Below, one piece after another: positions 30,907 to 41,747 of a stretch of DNA of 64,000 nt (positions within the stretch are counted from its first letter, which is position 1; each line of letters opens with the position of its first letter). This stretch comes from Deltaproteobacteria bacterium (GTDB taxonomy: Bacteria > Desulfobacterota_D > UBA1144 > Nemesobacterales > CSP1-2). Position numbers and translations under genes: made by a program. The notes under the pieces are model-generated. The model was given only the letters and a program-made list of their open reading frames with translations, made no database searches and was not told the origin of the DNA. The stretch is taken from assembly GCA_052390235.1 (NCBI GenBank), contig JBQTHB010000005.1, forward strand, positions 448,001 through 512,000, given 5' to 3'.

Positions 30907-31506
30907 ATGAAAATAATCGGTCTTACTGGCAATATAGCATCTGGAAAAAGCTCGGTCGCCGGGATGTTTGAATCCCTTGGGGCGAGGGTCATTGACGCTG
31001 ACCAAGTCGCCAGAGAGGTCGTAGAGCCAAACGCCCCGGCGTGGCGGGAGATAGTCGAGGAATTCGGCGAAGAAATTTTATATCCCAGCGGCACTCTCAA
31101 CAGAGCCGCTCTCGGCAGGGTTATCTTCTGCGACGGCGACAAAAGGGAGAAATTAAACCGTATCACCCATCCCCGAATTATGCGCTCGGTGCGCCGGACG
31201 CTTTCTGTGTGGGCGGATGAGGGCGTCCAGATAGCCGTGCTTGAAGCCGCGCTCATTGTCGAGCGGGGAGGGCTCAGGGATTTAATTGACGCGCTCGTCG
31301 TGGTTACCGCCCCGCAGGGGGAGCAAATCCGAAGGCTCGCCAAAAGGGCGACGCTCTCCCAGCAAGAGGCTCTGGCGCGGGTAGAATCCCAAATGCCGCA
31401 GTCGGAAAAGGTTAAAAAGGCGGATTTTGTGATTGATAATTCCGGGGGGCTAGATGCGACCCGAAAACAGGTCGAAGCCGTCTGGAAAAAGATAGCCGAG
31501 GCATAA
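30907..31506 (+). CDS. coaE: Dephospho-CoA kinase
   Basis: IGLTGNIASGKS, IDAD, LNRITHP. Confidence 0.93.
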   Translation: MKIIGLTGNIASGKSSVAGMFESLGARVIDADQVAREVVEPNAPAWREIVEEFGEEILYPSGTLNRAALGRVIFCDGDKREKLNRITHPRIMRSVRRTLSVWADEGVQIAVLEAALIVERGGLRDLIDALVVVTAPQGEQIRRLAKRATLSQQEALARVESQMPQSEKVKKADFVIDNSGGLDATRKQVEAVWKKIAEA

Positions 31507-31729
31507 TTTCTGGGGACGGATTTGGGTATTGTTTAGAAAATGTTTTTCTGGTATATTCAATCCGTTTTGTTTGTTAATACCGATTCCCCAATAATGCCAT
31601 ATTTCATTTCCAAACGCATAACTGAAATCCTATCAAAGGCGCGTTTTACGTGTATATCCACTTTGCGTTTGCCTATTTCAACCCTTGGCGGATTCCCACA
31701 CCCGCCCATATTCTGGAAGGAGCTAAATT

Positions 31730-33274
31730 ATGAAGGAAAAAATTGCGGTTCTTGAGCAAAAACAGAGGGAAGCCGAGCTTGGCGGCGGCTCGGATAGAAT
31801 AAAAAAGCAGCACGAAATGGGTAAGCTCACCGCCAGAGAGCGCATAGGTCTGCTCCTCGATAAAGACACTTTTGTCGAGCTTGATAAATTCGTCGTCCAT
31901 CGCTGTACGGATTTCGGGATGCAGAAGAGTAAATTTCTCGGAGACGGCGTCGTTACCGGCTACGGAAAGATTGACGGGCGTCAGGTCTTTGTCTTCGCTC
32001 AGGACTTCACCGTGTTCGGAGGGTCTCTGGGAGTCGCATACGCGAGAAAAATAACGAAAATCATGGACCTCGCCGTTCAGGTCGGAGTGCCGGTCATCGG
32101 GCTTAACGACTCCGGCGGAGCCAGGATTCAGGAAGGGGTCGAGAGCCTTGCAGGGTACGCCGATATTTTCCTCAGAAACGTTCTCACATCGGGCGTTGTG
32201 CCTCAAATCTCAGCTATCATGGGTCCCTGCGCAGGCGGCGCGGTCTATTCCCCGGCAATCACGGATTTCATCCTCATGGTCAAGGACACGAGCTATATGT
32301 TTATTACTGGACCAGACGTCATTAAAGCCGTAACACACGAAGAGGTGAGCCGCGAGGAGCTTGGCGGCGCTTCCGTGCATAACTCCACAAGCGGAGTCGC
32401 CCACTTTGCCGCCGCCGACGACCGCGAGTGCATCCTCCTCATAAAAGAGCTTCTCAGCTTCCTGCCCCTAAATAACACAGAAGACCCGCCCGCGATTCCC
32501 TGCGAAGACCCCGCCGACAGACGAGACCTTGAACTCAGAGCGATAGTGCCAGAGAACCCCAACAAACCCTACGACATAAAAGAGGTCATCCGCCGCGTGG
32601 TTGACAACGGCTACTTCTTCGAGGTTCAGGAGCATTACGCCCAAAATATGGTAATTGGATTTGCGAGACTCAACGGCAAAACAGTTGGCATCGTGGGAAA
32701 TCAGCCCAATTTCCTCGCCGGATGCCTCGACATTAACGCCTCAATCAAGGGCGCCAGATTCGTGCGCTTCTGTGATTGCTTCAATATTCCCATACTCACC
32801 CTCGTTGACGTTCCCGGATTTCTACCCGGCACGGCTCAGGAATGGGGCGGAATAATTAAGCACGGGGCGAAAATTCTCTACGCCTATGCCGAAGCCACAG
32901 TACCCAAGGTTACGCTCATCACCAGAAAGGCTTACGGGGGCGCTTACGACGTTATGTCGTCCAAGCACATAAGAGGGGATATGAATTTCGCCTATCCCAC
33001 GGCTGAAATCGCCGTCATGGGGCCCGACGGAGCGGTGAATATTATTGCGAGAAAGGATATTGAGTCCGCTGACGACCCCGCCGCCGAGAAAGCGCGCCTT
33101 GCCGCCGACTACAGAAACACCTTCGCCAACCCCTACAGAGCGGCTGAACTTGGATACATTGACGAGGTGATAAAACCCGAAGACACGAGGCAGAGGGTGA
33201 TTTCTGCCTTTGAAATGCTCGAGAGCAAGAGGCAGACAAATCCTCCGAAAAAGCACGGAAATATACCCCTTTAA
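31730..33274 (+). CDS. pccB: Acyl-CoA (propionyl-CoA-type) carboxylase carboxyltransferase subunit
   Basis: [35 protein letters not shown]. Confidence 0.9.
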   Translation: MKEKIAVLEQKQREAELGGGSDRIKKQHEMGKLTARERIGLLLDKDTFVELDKFVVHRCTDFGMQKSKFLGDGVVTGYGKIDGRQVFVFAQDFTVFGGSLGVAYARKITKIMDLAVQVGVPVIGLNDSGGARIQEGVESLAGYADIFLRNVLTSGVVPQISAIMGPCAGGAVYSPAITDFILMVKDTSYMFITGPDVIKAVTHEEVSREELGGASVHNSTSGVAHFAAADDRECILLIKELLSFLPLNNTEDPPAIPCEDPADRRDLELRAIVPENPNKPYDIKEVIRRVVDNGYFFEVQEHYAQNMVIGFARLNGKTVGIVGNQPNFLAGCLDINASIKGARFVRFCDCFNIPILTLVDVPGFLPGTAQEWGGIIKHGAKILYAYAEATVPKVTLITRKAYGGAYDVMSSKHIRGDMNFAYPTAEIAVMGPDGAVNIIARKDIESADDPAAEKARLAADYRNTFANPYRAAELGYIDEVIKPEDTRQRVISAFEMLESKRQTNPPKKHGNIPL

Positions 33275-33305
33275 GCGATAAATATTCAACCGAGGCAGAT
33301 ACCTA

Positions 33306-34802
33306 ATGTTCAAGAAAATTCTCATAGCAAACCGCGGCGAAATCGCAGTCCGAATCATCAGGGCGGCAAGGGAACTCGGAATCAAAACCGTAGCCGTCTA
33401 TTCCGATGCCGACCGCCGCTCCCTTCACGTGGCTATGGCTGACGAAGCGTATAACATCGGGCCACCCGCCCCCGCAGAGAGCTATCTCGTGATTGATAAA
33501 ATCATTGACGCCGTTAAACGCTCAGGCGCCGAGGCGGTTCACCCCGGATACGGCTTTCTTTCCGAGAAACAGGCATTTGCCGAGGCGTGCGAAACAGAGG
33601 GAATCGTATTCATTGGGCCCTCGTCCGAGGCAATTCGCCTTATGGGAGATAAAATTACGGCGAGAAAAATCGCTCAGGACCAAAAAGTCTCCCTCGTTCC
33701 CGGCTCTCCGGGCGCGGTTACGGACGTTGAAGCATCAGTTACGGCGAAGAAAATCGGCTATCCCGTCATGATAAAGGCATCCGCCGGCGGAGGCGGCAAG
33801 GGGATGAGGCTCGTTCGCAGGGAAGAGGACTTTTCAAGCTCCCTGCGTATGGCGAGGAGCGAAGCCCGCGGCGCATTCGGGGACGACTCGGTGTATATCG
33901 AGAAATTCGTCGAGAGGCCTAGGCACGTGGAAATTCAAGTCATTGCCGATACGCACGGCAGGGCGCTACATCTATTTGAGAGGGAATGCTCGATTCAGAG
34001 GAGGCATCAAAAAGTCGTCGAAGAGGCCCCGTCCCCGGCTATCAGCGAGAAAACGCGCAAAAAAATGGGCGAGGTTGCAGTGAGAATCGCAAAAGCGGTT
34101 TCCTACTGCGGCGCGGGAACTATTGAATTTATCATGGACCAGAAGGAGAATTTCTACTTCCTTGAGATGAACACCAGAGTCCAGGTCGAGCATCCGGTTA
34201 CGGAAATGATTACGGGCTTCGACATCGTAAAGTGGATGATACGAATTGCCGCAGGCGAAAAATTGCCGTTTAAACAGTCTGATTTATCCATTAACGGGCA
34301 CGCCCTTGAGTGCAGAGTCTATGCCGAAACCCCGGAGAACAATTTCCTCCCCTCTCCCGGAAAAATCGAATATCTCCGAACCCCAAGCGGCCCAGGCGTT
34401 AGAGACGACTCTGCCATTTACAGCGGATACGAGGTAACCCCGTTCTACGACCCCATGCTCTCGAAACTCGTCGTTTGGGCTAACACACGCGAGGAGGCAA
34501 TTCGGAAAATGGGAAGCGTCCTCAGGGAGTACGTAGTTTTAGGTGTGAAAACTAACATCGGATTCTTAAGGCGCGTCATGGAGAACGACGAATTCATCAG
34601 AGGCGACTTTGATACCGGCTTCATTGAGCGCCACCCTGAGCTTTTAAAATCCGGCGGCGACTCCCTGACCCGCGCGCTCGTTGCGGCGGCTATCGCCCTC
34701 GGGAGTTCGGCAAAAGAAGTGGATTCGTCTAAACAGACAAGGCCGCTCAACTGGAAGCTCATCAGCAGAAAATTAGCCCTATCAAGGAACTCCTCGATAT
34801 GA
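33306..34802 (+). CDS. accC: Biotin carboxylase subunit
   Basis: ANRGEIA, HPGYGFLSE, GGGGKGM, ECSIQRRHQK, EMNTRVQVEH. Confidence 0.9.
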   Translation: MFKKILIANRGEIAVRIIRAARELGIKTVAVYSDADRRSLHVAMADEAYNIGPPAPAESYLVIDKIIDAVKRSGAEAVHPGYGFLSEKQAFAEACETEGIVFIGPSSEAIRLMGDKITARKIAQDQKVSLVPGSPGAVTDVEASVTAKKIGYPVMIKASAGGGGKGMRLVRREEDFSSSLRMARSEARGAFGDDSVYIEKFVERPRHVEIQVIADTHGRALHLFERECSIQRRHQKVVEEAPSPAISEKTRKKMGEVAVRIAKAVSYCGAGTIEFIMDQKENFYFLEMNTRVQVEHPVTEMITGFDIVKWMIRIAAGEKLPFKQSDLSINGHALECRVYAETPENNFLPSPGKIEYLRTPSGPGVRDDSAIYSGYEVTPFYDPMLSKLVVWANTREEAIRKMGSVLREYVVLGVKTNIGFLRRVMENDEFIRGDFDTGFIERHPELLKSGGDSLTRALVAAAIALGSSAKEVDSSKQTRPLNWKLISRKLALSRNSSI

Positions 34803-35317
34803 TATACACGATTAAATTCCAAGACCGCGCCTATAGAATTAATTTTGAAGAGGGAAAAACCGCCGAGGTTGAAATCGAGGGTGAAAAACTCGCCGTGGAG
34901 TTTCAAAAAATTGACGAGCGCCTCTACTCCATCCTCATTGATAATCAGTCCTTCAATGTGTCGGTTCTCAAAAAAGGCAATAAACTCAGCGTGTTTCTGG
35001 ATGGAGACCTCTTTGAATTCGAGGCAGTATCCGAGCGCGAGAGGCTCTCCGGCGCCGGCGCGGCAATGTCCGGAGCGCAGCAGATAAAAGCCCCCATGCC
35101 GAGCCGCGTAGTGAAAATTCTCAAGAGCGAGGGCGATGAGGTTAAAGAGGGCGAAGGCGTGATAGTCGTAGAAGCAATGAAAATGGAAAGCGAGCTTAAA
35201 TCCCCAATTAACGGGAAAATAAAAGAAATTAGGGCCAAAGAGGGAATAGCCGTGGAAAGCGGAACGGTACTACTCGTGGTCTTCCCGGATGAGGCTTCAG
35301 CGGCGAGTCTCGAATAG
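34799..35317 (+). CDS. Biotin carboxyl carrier subunit
   Basis: EAMKM biotinylation motif. Confidence 0.9.
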   Translation: MIYTIKFQDRAYRINFEEGKTAEVEIEGEKLAVEFQKIDERLYSILIDNQSFNVSVLKKGNKLSVFLDGDLFEFEAVSERERLSGAGAAMSGAQQIKAPMPSRVVKILKSEGDEVKEGEGVIVVEAMKMESELKSPINGKIKEIRAKEGIAVESGTVLLVVFPDEASAASLE

Positions 35318-35388
35318 GATTTCCGTAAGTGGGCGGCGTTTTCGTAAAACTGGACAACCGCCGCTCGGTTATGTAACAATTACTACAA

Positions 35389-36999
35389 ATGCCTCCTAAA
35401 AAGTCTCTACTTTTTATCCTCTCCGTGGCGGCTCTGCTCTTTGCTTCCTGCCAGTCGGGCGAACGCAAATCCGAGCAAACATCCCCCGTTGCTTTCAAAG
35501 ATACATTAAATATAAACATCGGCTCCGAGCCTCCCACGCTTGATTGGTCATTAGCAACCGATAGCACCTCTTTTACCGTGCTGAATAACCTAATGGAGGG
35601 ACTCGCCAAATTTGGTGAGGACTATGCCCCCGTCCCCGCCCTTGCCGAAAAGTGGGAAATTAGCGAAGACGGCATGACGTATCTGTTTTATCTCAGAAAA
35701 AACGTCTTATGGACGGACGGCAACCCCCTTAGAGCCGAAGATTTTGAATACTCCTGGAAGCGGCTTCTCAATCCCGCCACTGGGGCGGATTACGCCTACT
35801 TCCTCTACGACATCGAGGGCGCGGAAGCCTACAACACGGGCAAACTCGAAGACCCATCTAAAGTCGGAATTAAAGCAGTTGACGATTACACCCTAACGGT
35901 GCGGCTTGAGCGTCCTGCCTCTTATTTCCTGAGCCTTCTCACTTTTATGTCAACCTTTCCCATGAGAAAGGACACTGTTCAGAAGCACGGCGCAAAGTGG
36001 ACGGAGCCAGAGAATATCGTTACCCTAGGGCCTTTTTCCCTAACCTCATGGCGGCATCACGAGAGAATCGCGCTCTCCCAGAATCCGAGTTATTACGGCG
36101 ATAAGCCCAAGATAGCCAAAGTTGAGATGATTATGAATGAAAATCCCTCCTCCGCCCTCGCGCTTTATGAAAGTGGAGAACTCGACGCTTTGGACGGCAG
36201 GGGGATTCCCACGCTTGAAGTCCCACGCCTCAGACTCTCGCCGGAGTTTAAAACGGGGGCCCAGTTCCGCGGAAACTACATCGGATTCAACGTAAAAAAG
36301 CCCCCCTTTGATAATCCCAAGGTGCGGCGCGCATTCTCAGCCGCTATTGACCGCGGGAAACTCGCTGAACTGATTCAGGGCGCTGGCATCCCTACGACCT
36401 CGTGGATTCCAAGAGGGATGCTCGGCTACGATTCTGAGATTGGGATTGATTTTAACCCCGAAGAGGCGGCGCGCCTGCTCGCCGAAGCCAAATTTCCGGC
36501 TGGAAATGGATTTCCAAAGGTAACGCTTCTATATCCTGACGTGGGCAACAATAGAATTCTTGCCGAAGCCCTGCAGAGTATGTGGAAGAAATATTTGGGC
36601 GTGGAGGTGGAGCTTAATAATCAGGAGTGGAAGGTCTATCTAAGCACCCTGAACACAGACCCGCCTCATATATTTCGCGCCCAGTGGGGAGCGGATTTCC
36701 CAGACCCTCATAATTTTATGAACCTCTTTGAGTGTCTCAGCGGGAACAACAGAACCAGATGGTGCAACCCCGAATTCGACGCCCTTGTGGAAAAAGCGGC
36801 GGCAGAGGAAAATCCGCAAAAGAGAATTGAAATCTACAATCAAGCCCAGAGAATATTGACCGAAATTGACGTCCCGATAGCTCCCGTGCTGATTTCCATA
36901 CAGCAGAGCATGATAAAGCCCTATGTCGCCGGACTCAATCTCGACCCGCTCGGGATTCTGCTGTTCAATAAAGTCTATTTCACCGGCGATAACTCCTAA
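35389..36999 (+). CDS. oppA: Oligopeptide ABC transporter substrate-binding lipoprotein (family 5)
   Basis: Lipobox FASC, EPPTLD, WTDG, WGADFPDP. Confidence 0.85.
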   Translation: MPPKKSLLFILSVAALLFASCQSGERKSEQTSPVAFKDTLNINIGSEPPTLDWSLATDSTSFTVLNNLMEGLAKFGEDYAPVPALAEKWEISEDGMTYLFYLRKNVLWTDGNPLRAEDFEYSWKRLLNPATGADYAYFLYDIEGAEAYNTGKLEDPSKVGIKAVDDYTLTVRLERPASYFLSLLTFMSTFPMRKDTVQKHGAKWTEPENIVTLGPFSLTSWRHHERIALSQNPSYYGDKPKIAKVEMIMNENPSSALALYESGELDALDGRGIPTLEVPRLRLSPEFKTGAQFRGNYIGFNVKKPPFDNPKVRRAFSAAIDRGKLAELIQGAGIPTTSWIPRGMLGYDSEIGIDFNPEEAARLLAEAKFPAGNGFPKVTLLYPDVGNNRILAEALQSMWKKYLGVEVELNNQEWKVYLSTLNTDPPHIFRAQWGADFPDPHNFMNLFECLSGNNRTRWCNPEFDALVEKAAAEENPQKRIEIYNQAQRILTEIDVPIAPVLISIQQSMIKPYVAGLNLDPLGILLFNKVYFTGDNS

Positions 37000-37299
37000 G
37001 ACTGTCCCCCCCTTCGCTCCCGTGTGTGCCGCTCATCCCTCCTACCATGATGAAAAATATACTCTGACACAGGAGAGTCTCGAAATGAGCCGGAGTACAT
37101 CGCGCCTATATATATATGGTTCGACTCCGCCGGTAAAACCGTGAACCCGCCTCTTCATCCTGCACTATAACGTCGAAGTAAAAGCGCATCCTTTCATAAG
37201 CCCCCCTTTACTGAGCCTATCTAAGAACTCGCCACGAACAACGGAGTTATAAATCTAATTGGGATTGTGAGGGATAATTGGCGGGTTAGTGCCTGAAAA

Positions 37300-37337
37300 T
37301 AAAAAAGCGGGAAACCCTTTCGGGCTCCCCGCTTCTC
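37300..37337 (-). terminator. Rho-independent terminator of the 38918 gene
   Basis: AAAAAAGCGGGAAACCC-TTTC-GGGCTCCCCGCTT hairpin; U tract on minus strand. Confidence 0.65.
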
Positions 37338-37361
37338 TTATCACTTTTGAAAGACTCGCTC

Positions 37362-38918
37362 TTATTTCTTGAAGAACTGGTCTATGTAAACGAGCAGTCT
37401 TCCCTGAACCGCCCATGAAATATCCTCGGCTTCAGGATCTGAGGTTTCGTTAGCCGTAGCCGCCGCCTGCTGCTCCAAGAGGTCTTTTAGACCGGAGCCG
37501 TTGACGACCAAGCTGCCGATAATGTCGAAGTTCACTCCCGGCACTAGCTCGATGCCTAGGGTGGCTTCAACTTCCGTTCCAAGGTATCTGTCAATCTCTT
37601 GGTTGGCAAATAGTGGGGAGTCGGTCTCATCCGCGAACGCAACTAAGACCTGCGGGGTGAGCGTAATCTTGTCAGACAGCTTCACCGTCGTCCATACTCT
37701 GCCATAGAAAGCGTTGTCAACGCTGCTCTCTTTTCTGTAGATGTTAGGGATGATGTGCTTGAAGAGCAGGTTGTCGAGGTTATAAGCCGGGTTAAAGTGT
37801 ATAACGCCTCCCTCGAAGTCCGGGGTGCTGTTGTCATCACCGAGTGAGAATCCGCCCTCAAGAGATATGTGCTTGAAGGGGAAAGAGGGATACACCTCGA
37901 TACGAGCCGCGCCCAAGAGGTTCGTCGGGTCAATATCGTTTGCAGCCCCAAGTCCGTCAATCTTGCCGAAGGCTCCCTGAACCTCGGCGACGAATCTGAA
38001 GGCGCTGTTCTTATAATCGATGAGTCCTGAATACAGGTTTAAATATCTGAGGTCAATTCCCGATGTAGCGGGTCCCACTCCAGACGGCGCGCCGGACAGC
38101 ACGTTGGTCTGGTGAATATACGGGAAGTCGTAAGCTCCGAGGGTCAGGTTTCCGCCGAGGGCGTTGACGTTATAAATAATAGCCGCCGCGCCGCCGTCCC
38201 ATCCATCGCCGCTGCCGGTTACCAAGGACTGTCCCTGAGTAAGCCTGTCGCTAACGAAAACGAAGGTCAAAGAACCCGTTCCGGCCGCAAATCCCTTAAG
38301 ATAAAGGAATCTGTCGAGAACGAATCCAAGGTCGGATTGGGGATCCCATCCGCCGTTTGCCAATAGTCCGATACCCCAGTCGAACGGCTGGCGTCCAACT
38401 CTTATGAAGCCCAAGCCGTTGGGTAGAACTACGTCCGCGTGTAGCATACGAACGTTAAAGAACTGAACGTCGTCAGTCGCGCCAGTCGCGCCGAAGGTGC
38501 TGATGACGCTTCCAGCTCCGATTTCAGTGAGTAACGCGCCGCGGAATCTGTCGCTAGGCGTTACCGAAGAGTTAACGAGGGTTCTTCTGTCGTTTGCAAA
38601 ACCCGAAGTTACGCCGCCCCAAATGTAGTTGTCTGCAACATCAACCTGCGCTCTAACGGTTACCGAATCGCTAAGCACGAGTTGAGGGGTTAAGCGAAGT
38701 CTGGTATCAACGAATACGATATTGTCATCGTTGTCGTTGTACCCGAGTGATCTAGCATCTACTTCACTCAGTGCGCTGAGGAAAGTTGCGTTCTTAATGA
38801 AATGAACGCGCGTGCGTAAAAAGCTGGGGAAGCCACCCAAAGAAAGCTCTACTGCATAGGAAGGGATGGCTACAGCTACCAATACTATAGAAAGGAAAAG
38901 CCACTTGGCCTTACTCAT
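37362..38918 (-). CDS. Putative outer-membrane beta-barrel / porin
   Basis: Signal peptide, amphipathic beta strands, RVGRQPFDWGIGL, YLGTEVE; strong SD. Confidence 0.65.
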   Translation of the reverse strand: MSKAKWLFLSIVLVAVAIPSYAVELSLGGFPSFLRTRVHFIKNATFLSALSEVDARSLGYNDNDDNIVFVDTRLRLTPQLVLSDSVTVRAQVDVADNYIWGGVTSGFANDRRTLVNSSVTPSDRFRGALLTEIGAGSVISTFGATGATDDVQFFNVRMLHADVVLPNGLGFIRVGRQPFDWGIGLLANGGWDPQSDLGFVLDRFLYLKGFAAGTGSLTFVFVSDRLTQGQSLVTGSGDGWDGGAAAIIYNVNALGGNLTLGAYDFPYIHQTNVLSGAPSGVGPATSGIDLRYLNLYSGLIDYKNSAFRFVAEVQGAFGKIDGLGAANDIDPTNLLGAARIEVYPSFPFKHISLEGGFSLGDDNSTPDFEGGVIHFNPAYNLDNLLFKHIIPNIYRKESSVDNAFYGRVWTTVKLSDKITLTPQVLVAFADETDSPLFANQEIDRYLGTEVEATLGIELVPGVNFDIIGSLVVNGSGLKDLLEQQAAATANETSDPEAEDISWAVQGRLLVYIDQFFKK

Positions 38919-39055
38919 CTCTCCTTACCTCCTTCATAGATTTTTAATTTCTTTGCTTACTCTATATAAATTGTCAATCCTTGTCAAGAGGTTTTTTCCC
39001 CTGCGTTCCTTATGTTTCTTTTAATCAGTTTTTCTAATGTAACTACTTAATTTCT

Positions 39056-39093
39056 CTAATAAAATCTTAACTTTTTGTTAATAATTTGTTCAT
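39056..39093 (+). promoter_or_regulatory. Pho-box-like 11-bp-periodic repeats
   Basis: CTAAT/TTAAC/TTAAT/TTCAT at 39056, 39067, 39078, 39089. Confidence 0.5.
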
Positions 39094-39117
39094 AAATCGC
39101 CATTACATTTAACCCAA

Positions 39118-39837
39118 ATGAAGACGCTTATATTATCCGATATTCACTCAAACTGGCACGCTCTCGAAGCCGTCCTCTCGGCCGAAACCTACGACTCCAT
39201 TATCTTCCTAGGCGACGCCGTTGACTTCGGACCCAATCCGAGGGAGTGCCTCAAATTTCTAATCAAATCCTCCAAGGCATCCTTTTGGGGAGTCCGCGGA
39301 GACCACGACCACGCCATGGCTTACGGCATGAACTGCCGCTCCTCCCAACGCCTAGCCGCGCTGTCAACCGCAACCAGAGACTGGGGCGAAGCCTGCCTCA
39401 GAAGCGAAGAGATAGGCTTTTTAAGACGCCTCCCGCTCGATAGGCGCTTCACCGTAAACGGCTTGTCCTTCCACATGATTCACGGCTTCGATAATCACGC
39501 TCTCCCGCAAGCCGAGGACCCTAATCCCCAAGGCGAATTCGAGGGCATAGACTTTATGCTGTCTGGGCACTCTCATAAGCCCTTCATAAAACAGCTTGGA
39601 AATACCACGATTTTAAATCCCGGCTCAGTCGGGCAGCCGAGGGATAATAATCCCAGAGCCTCTTACGCCATCATCGAAGACGGAGTCGCAAGCATCAAGC
39701 GCATAAAATACGATATTGAGCGAACCGTCAAGGACTTGCAAAAAACCACCCTTCCCAAATACGTCATCCAAGAACTCGTCTCGATTCTCGTCTCAGGGGG
39801 CGTGCCGGACGACGGCGATAGCGTCCTCCTCAATTGA
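39118..39837 (+). CDS. Metallophosphoesterase (calcineurin-like)
   Basis: SDIHSN, LGDAVD, GDHD, HG, GHSH, NPGSVGQPRD. Confidence 0.9.
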   Translation: MKTLILSDIHSNWHALEAVLSAETYDSIIFLGDAVDFGPNPRECLKFLIKSSKASFWGVRGDHDHAMAYGMNCRSSQRLAALSTATRDWGEACLRSEEIGFLRRLPLDRRFTVNGLSFHMIHGFDNHALPQAEDPNPQGEFEGIDFMLSGHSHKPFIKQLGNTTILNPGSVGQPRDNNPRASYAIIEDGVASIKRIKYDIERTVKDLQKTTLPKYVIQELVSILVSGGVPDDGDSVLLN

Positions 39838-39994
39838 TTTAACCCGCCGCTCTTACATCATCTCTCCTCTTCAAATAAGGGATTTGTCCGATGCGCTGTA
39901 CTCCATCATAAAATAAAAAGCCCGACGCGGGGTGTCCCGCGCCGAGCTTGAGTGAGAGAGAGCCAAAAGGGATGGCTAAATAGAGATGAATTTT

Positions 39995-41344
39995 TTAAAA
40001 CGCGGCTTGGAACTGCGTTCTGAATACGTGTGCGTCTAGTTCTTCGCCTGCCGTGTCTTCGTCGGTGATAAGCGAGTAGCCGAGCTGTACTTTCCACTTA
40101 TGGTCTTTCGAGAGATAGAAATTAATCCCCGGCGAGATTTCCTGCCTCGATTCCCTGCCCTCAACGTCGTCGTCAAAGGCAATGTATCCGTATCTTGCGG
40201 CTATCTCGATGAAGTCGGGAATTATGAAAATCCCCCCCTGAACCCTAAACCCATGGTCTGTGGCCTCTTCAAGCCCCGCCTCGTCCGGCTCTATGCTTCT
40301 GTAGAAATAATCGGCTTCGAGGCTCAACCTCGAGTATTTAACGTTGATGTCAGCCGTAAACGAGGATACATCGGCCTCTTCCGTGCCTATTTCATCAAAT
40401 CTGTCGTCAACGCTTCCGTCCGGGGTCTTATCGGCGATGACTAGGCTCGGTATTAGCGCAAATCCGCCGGATATGGCTATCTGTAGCTTATCGTCCCCGA
40501 AATTCGGCTCCATGCTGTAATCCCCGCCTATCGGGAAAGAGCCGGATTTATATTTAAGCTCGCCGCAGCACGGAACAAATGTAACGCGCCCAGCGTAGAG
40601 GAGGTCTGAGTTTCTGCTCCTGCCATTTATGCCGTCGCCGTTGAATACGCCCACTCCATAAACCACATAATTGCCTATGACTCCATAGACAGAAGCCCCT
40701 CTATCCCTGCCAAATGCAAACTCCTCATTTACCACTGACCTCTCTACAAGCTGAAGCTCGCCCGAGGAGTTTAGCTCCTCTCGCGAGAACGGCACTTTGT
40801 ACTGCCCAATGCGGGGAGCAAAAAGCGTGTTGTAGGCAATGTCGAAAAATGCGTCTCTGACCGATATTGCTCCGCTGTTATCTCCTGCAAGCTGAATCGA
40901 ATAGAACATCCACGGTTTGAAGGCGTTTCCATCCCAAGAGATTCTGAGCCTTCTAACGTTGAAATCCGTAACCGTGTCTTCGTCGCCCTCTTCGTCCCTG
41001 ATTGAGAACTGAAACTGGGTGCGAAGCCTCGTCCTGAGGCTGAAACTCCCGTCCTTGGCTTTAATCCTGAATCCGTCGCCCGGCTTCTTGTACTCAATGG
41101 AGACCTTATCGTACCAAGCGTCCTTCTTCTCCTCTTTCTTTGCCTCTCCTCCTTCCATCTTCTTTCCATCGAGGCTCTCTACCTTCTTCTCAAGCGCCTC
41201 GTTTCTATCTCTGAGATACTGAATCTGCTCTTTGAGGGCTTCATACTTGAGTTCCTCTTCCGATATTGCGAAGGAACTTTTAGGTATGAAGGCTGCGGCG
41301 AGCATCACTAGCGCGAATCCTAGAACTGATAGAACTCTCATCAC
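39995..41344 (-). CDS. Phosphate-selective porin OprO/OprP family
   Basis: Signal peptide, coiled coil, RRLRI, GQYKVPFSREEL.SS..LQLVERS, RDRG, terminal Phe. Confidence 0.8.
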   Translation of the reverse strand: MMRVLSVLGFALVMLAAAFIPKSSFAISEEELKYEALKEQIQYLRDRNEALEKKVESLDGKKMEGGEAKKEEKKDAWYDKVSIEYKKPGDGFRIKAKDGSFSLRTRLRTQFQFSIRDEEGDEDTVTDFNVRRLRISWDGNAFKPWMFYSIQLAGDNSGAISVRDAFFDIAYNTLFAPRIGQYKVPFSREELNSSGELQLVERSVVNEEFAFGRDRGASVYGVIGNYVVYGVGVFNGDGINGRSRNSDLLYAGRVTFVPCCGELKYKSGSFPIGGDYSMEPNFGDDKLQIAISGGFALIPSLVIADKTPDGSVDDRFDEIGTEEADVSSFTADINVKYSRLSLEADYFYRSIEPDEAGLEEATDHGFRVQGGIFIIPDFIEIAARYGYIAFDDDVEGRESRQEISPGINFYLSKDHKWKVQLGYSLITDEDTAGEELDAHVFRTQFQAAF

Positions 41345-41395
41345 ATCCTCCTCCTTTCCTACCGATATAGTTTGTCCAGAGGATATGCGTTCAAA

Positions 41396-41433
41396 ATTAA
41401 TCTAATGTGAAATCAATGTTAAGATTTGGTTAA
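41396..41433 (-). promoter_or_regulatory. Pho-box-like 11-bp-periodic repeats upstream of the phosphate porin
   Basis: Minus strand TTAAC-N6-TTAAC-N6-TTCAC-N6-TTAAT. Confidence 0.6.
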
Positions 41434-41747
41434 GAATGGATGGATGCCCGCCGTAGCGCGAGGCTAAATTGCTCTGAAATGCTAGTAAATTAGGGCAGTT
41501 GGCGAGGGGTTAGCTCTCCGGCTAAATCCCCCCGCATAAGCCGGCGCCGATGCTTCTTCTACCAAAAACCGAGAAATTCCGCCGTCTTTTCGTCCAACTC
41601 AAAGTGGGTTGGCTGTTGCAGGTTTCTGCCTCCTGCGAGGTAGCGAGGTTCTGTATCTGTACCCCCTTTATTGTTTTAGCCGGCGTTGCTCTCCCCATCA
41701 ATCGCGAGATGCGGCGCCGGTTAATTTCCTTTGCGCTTCTCTCCCGC

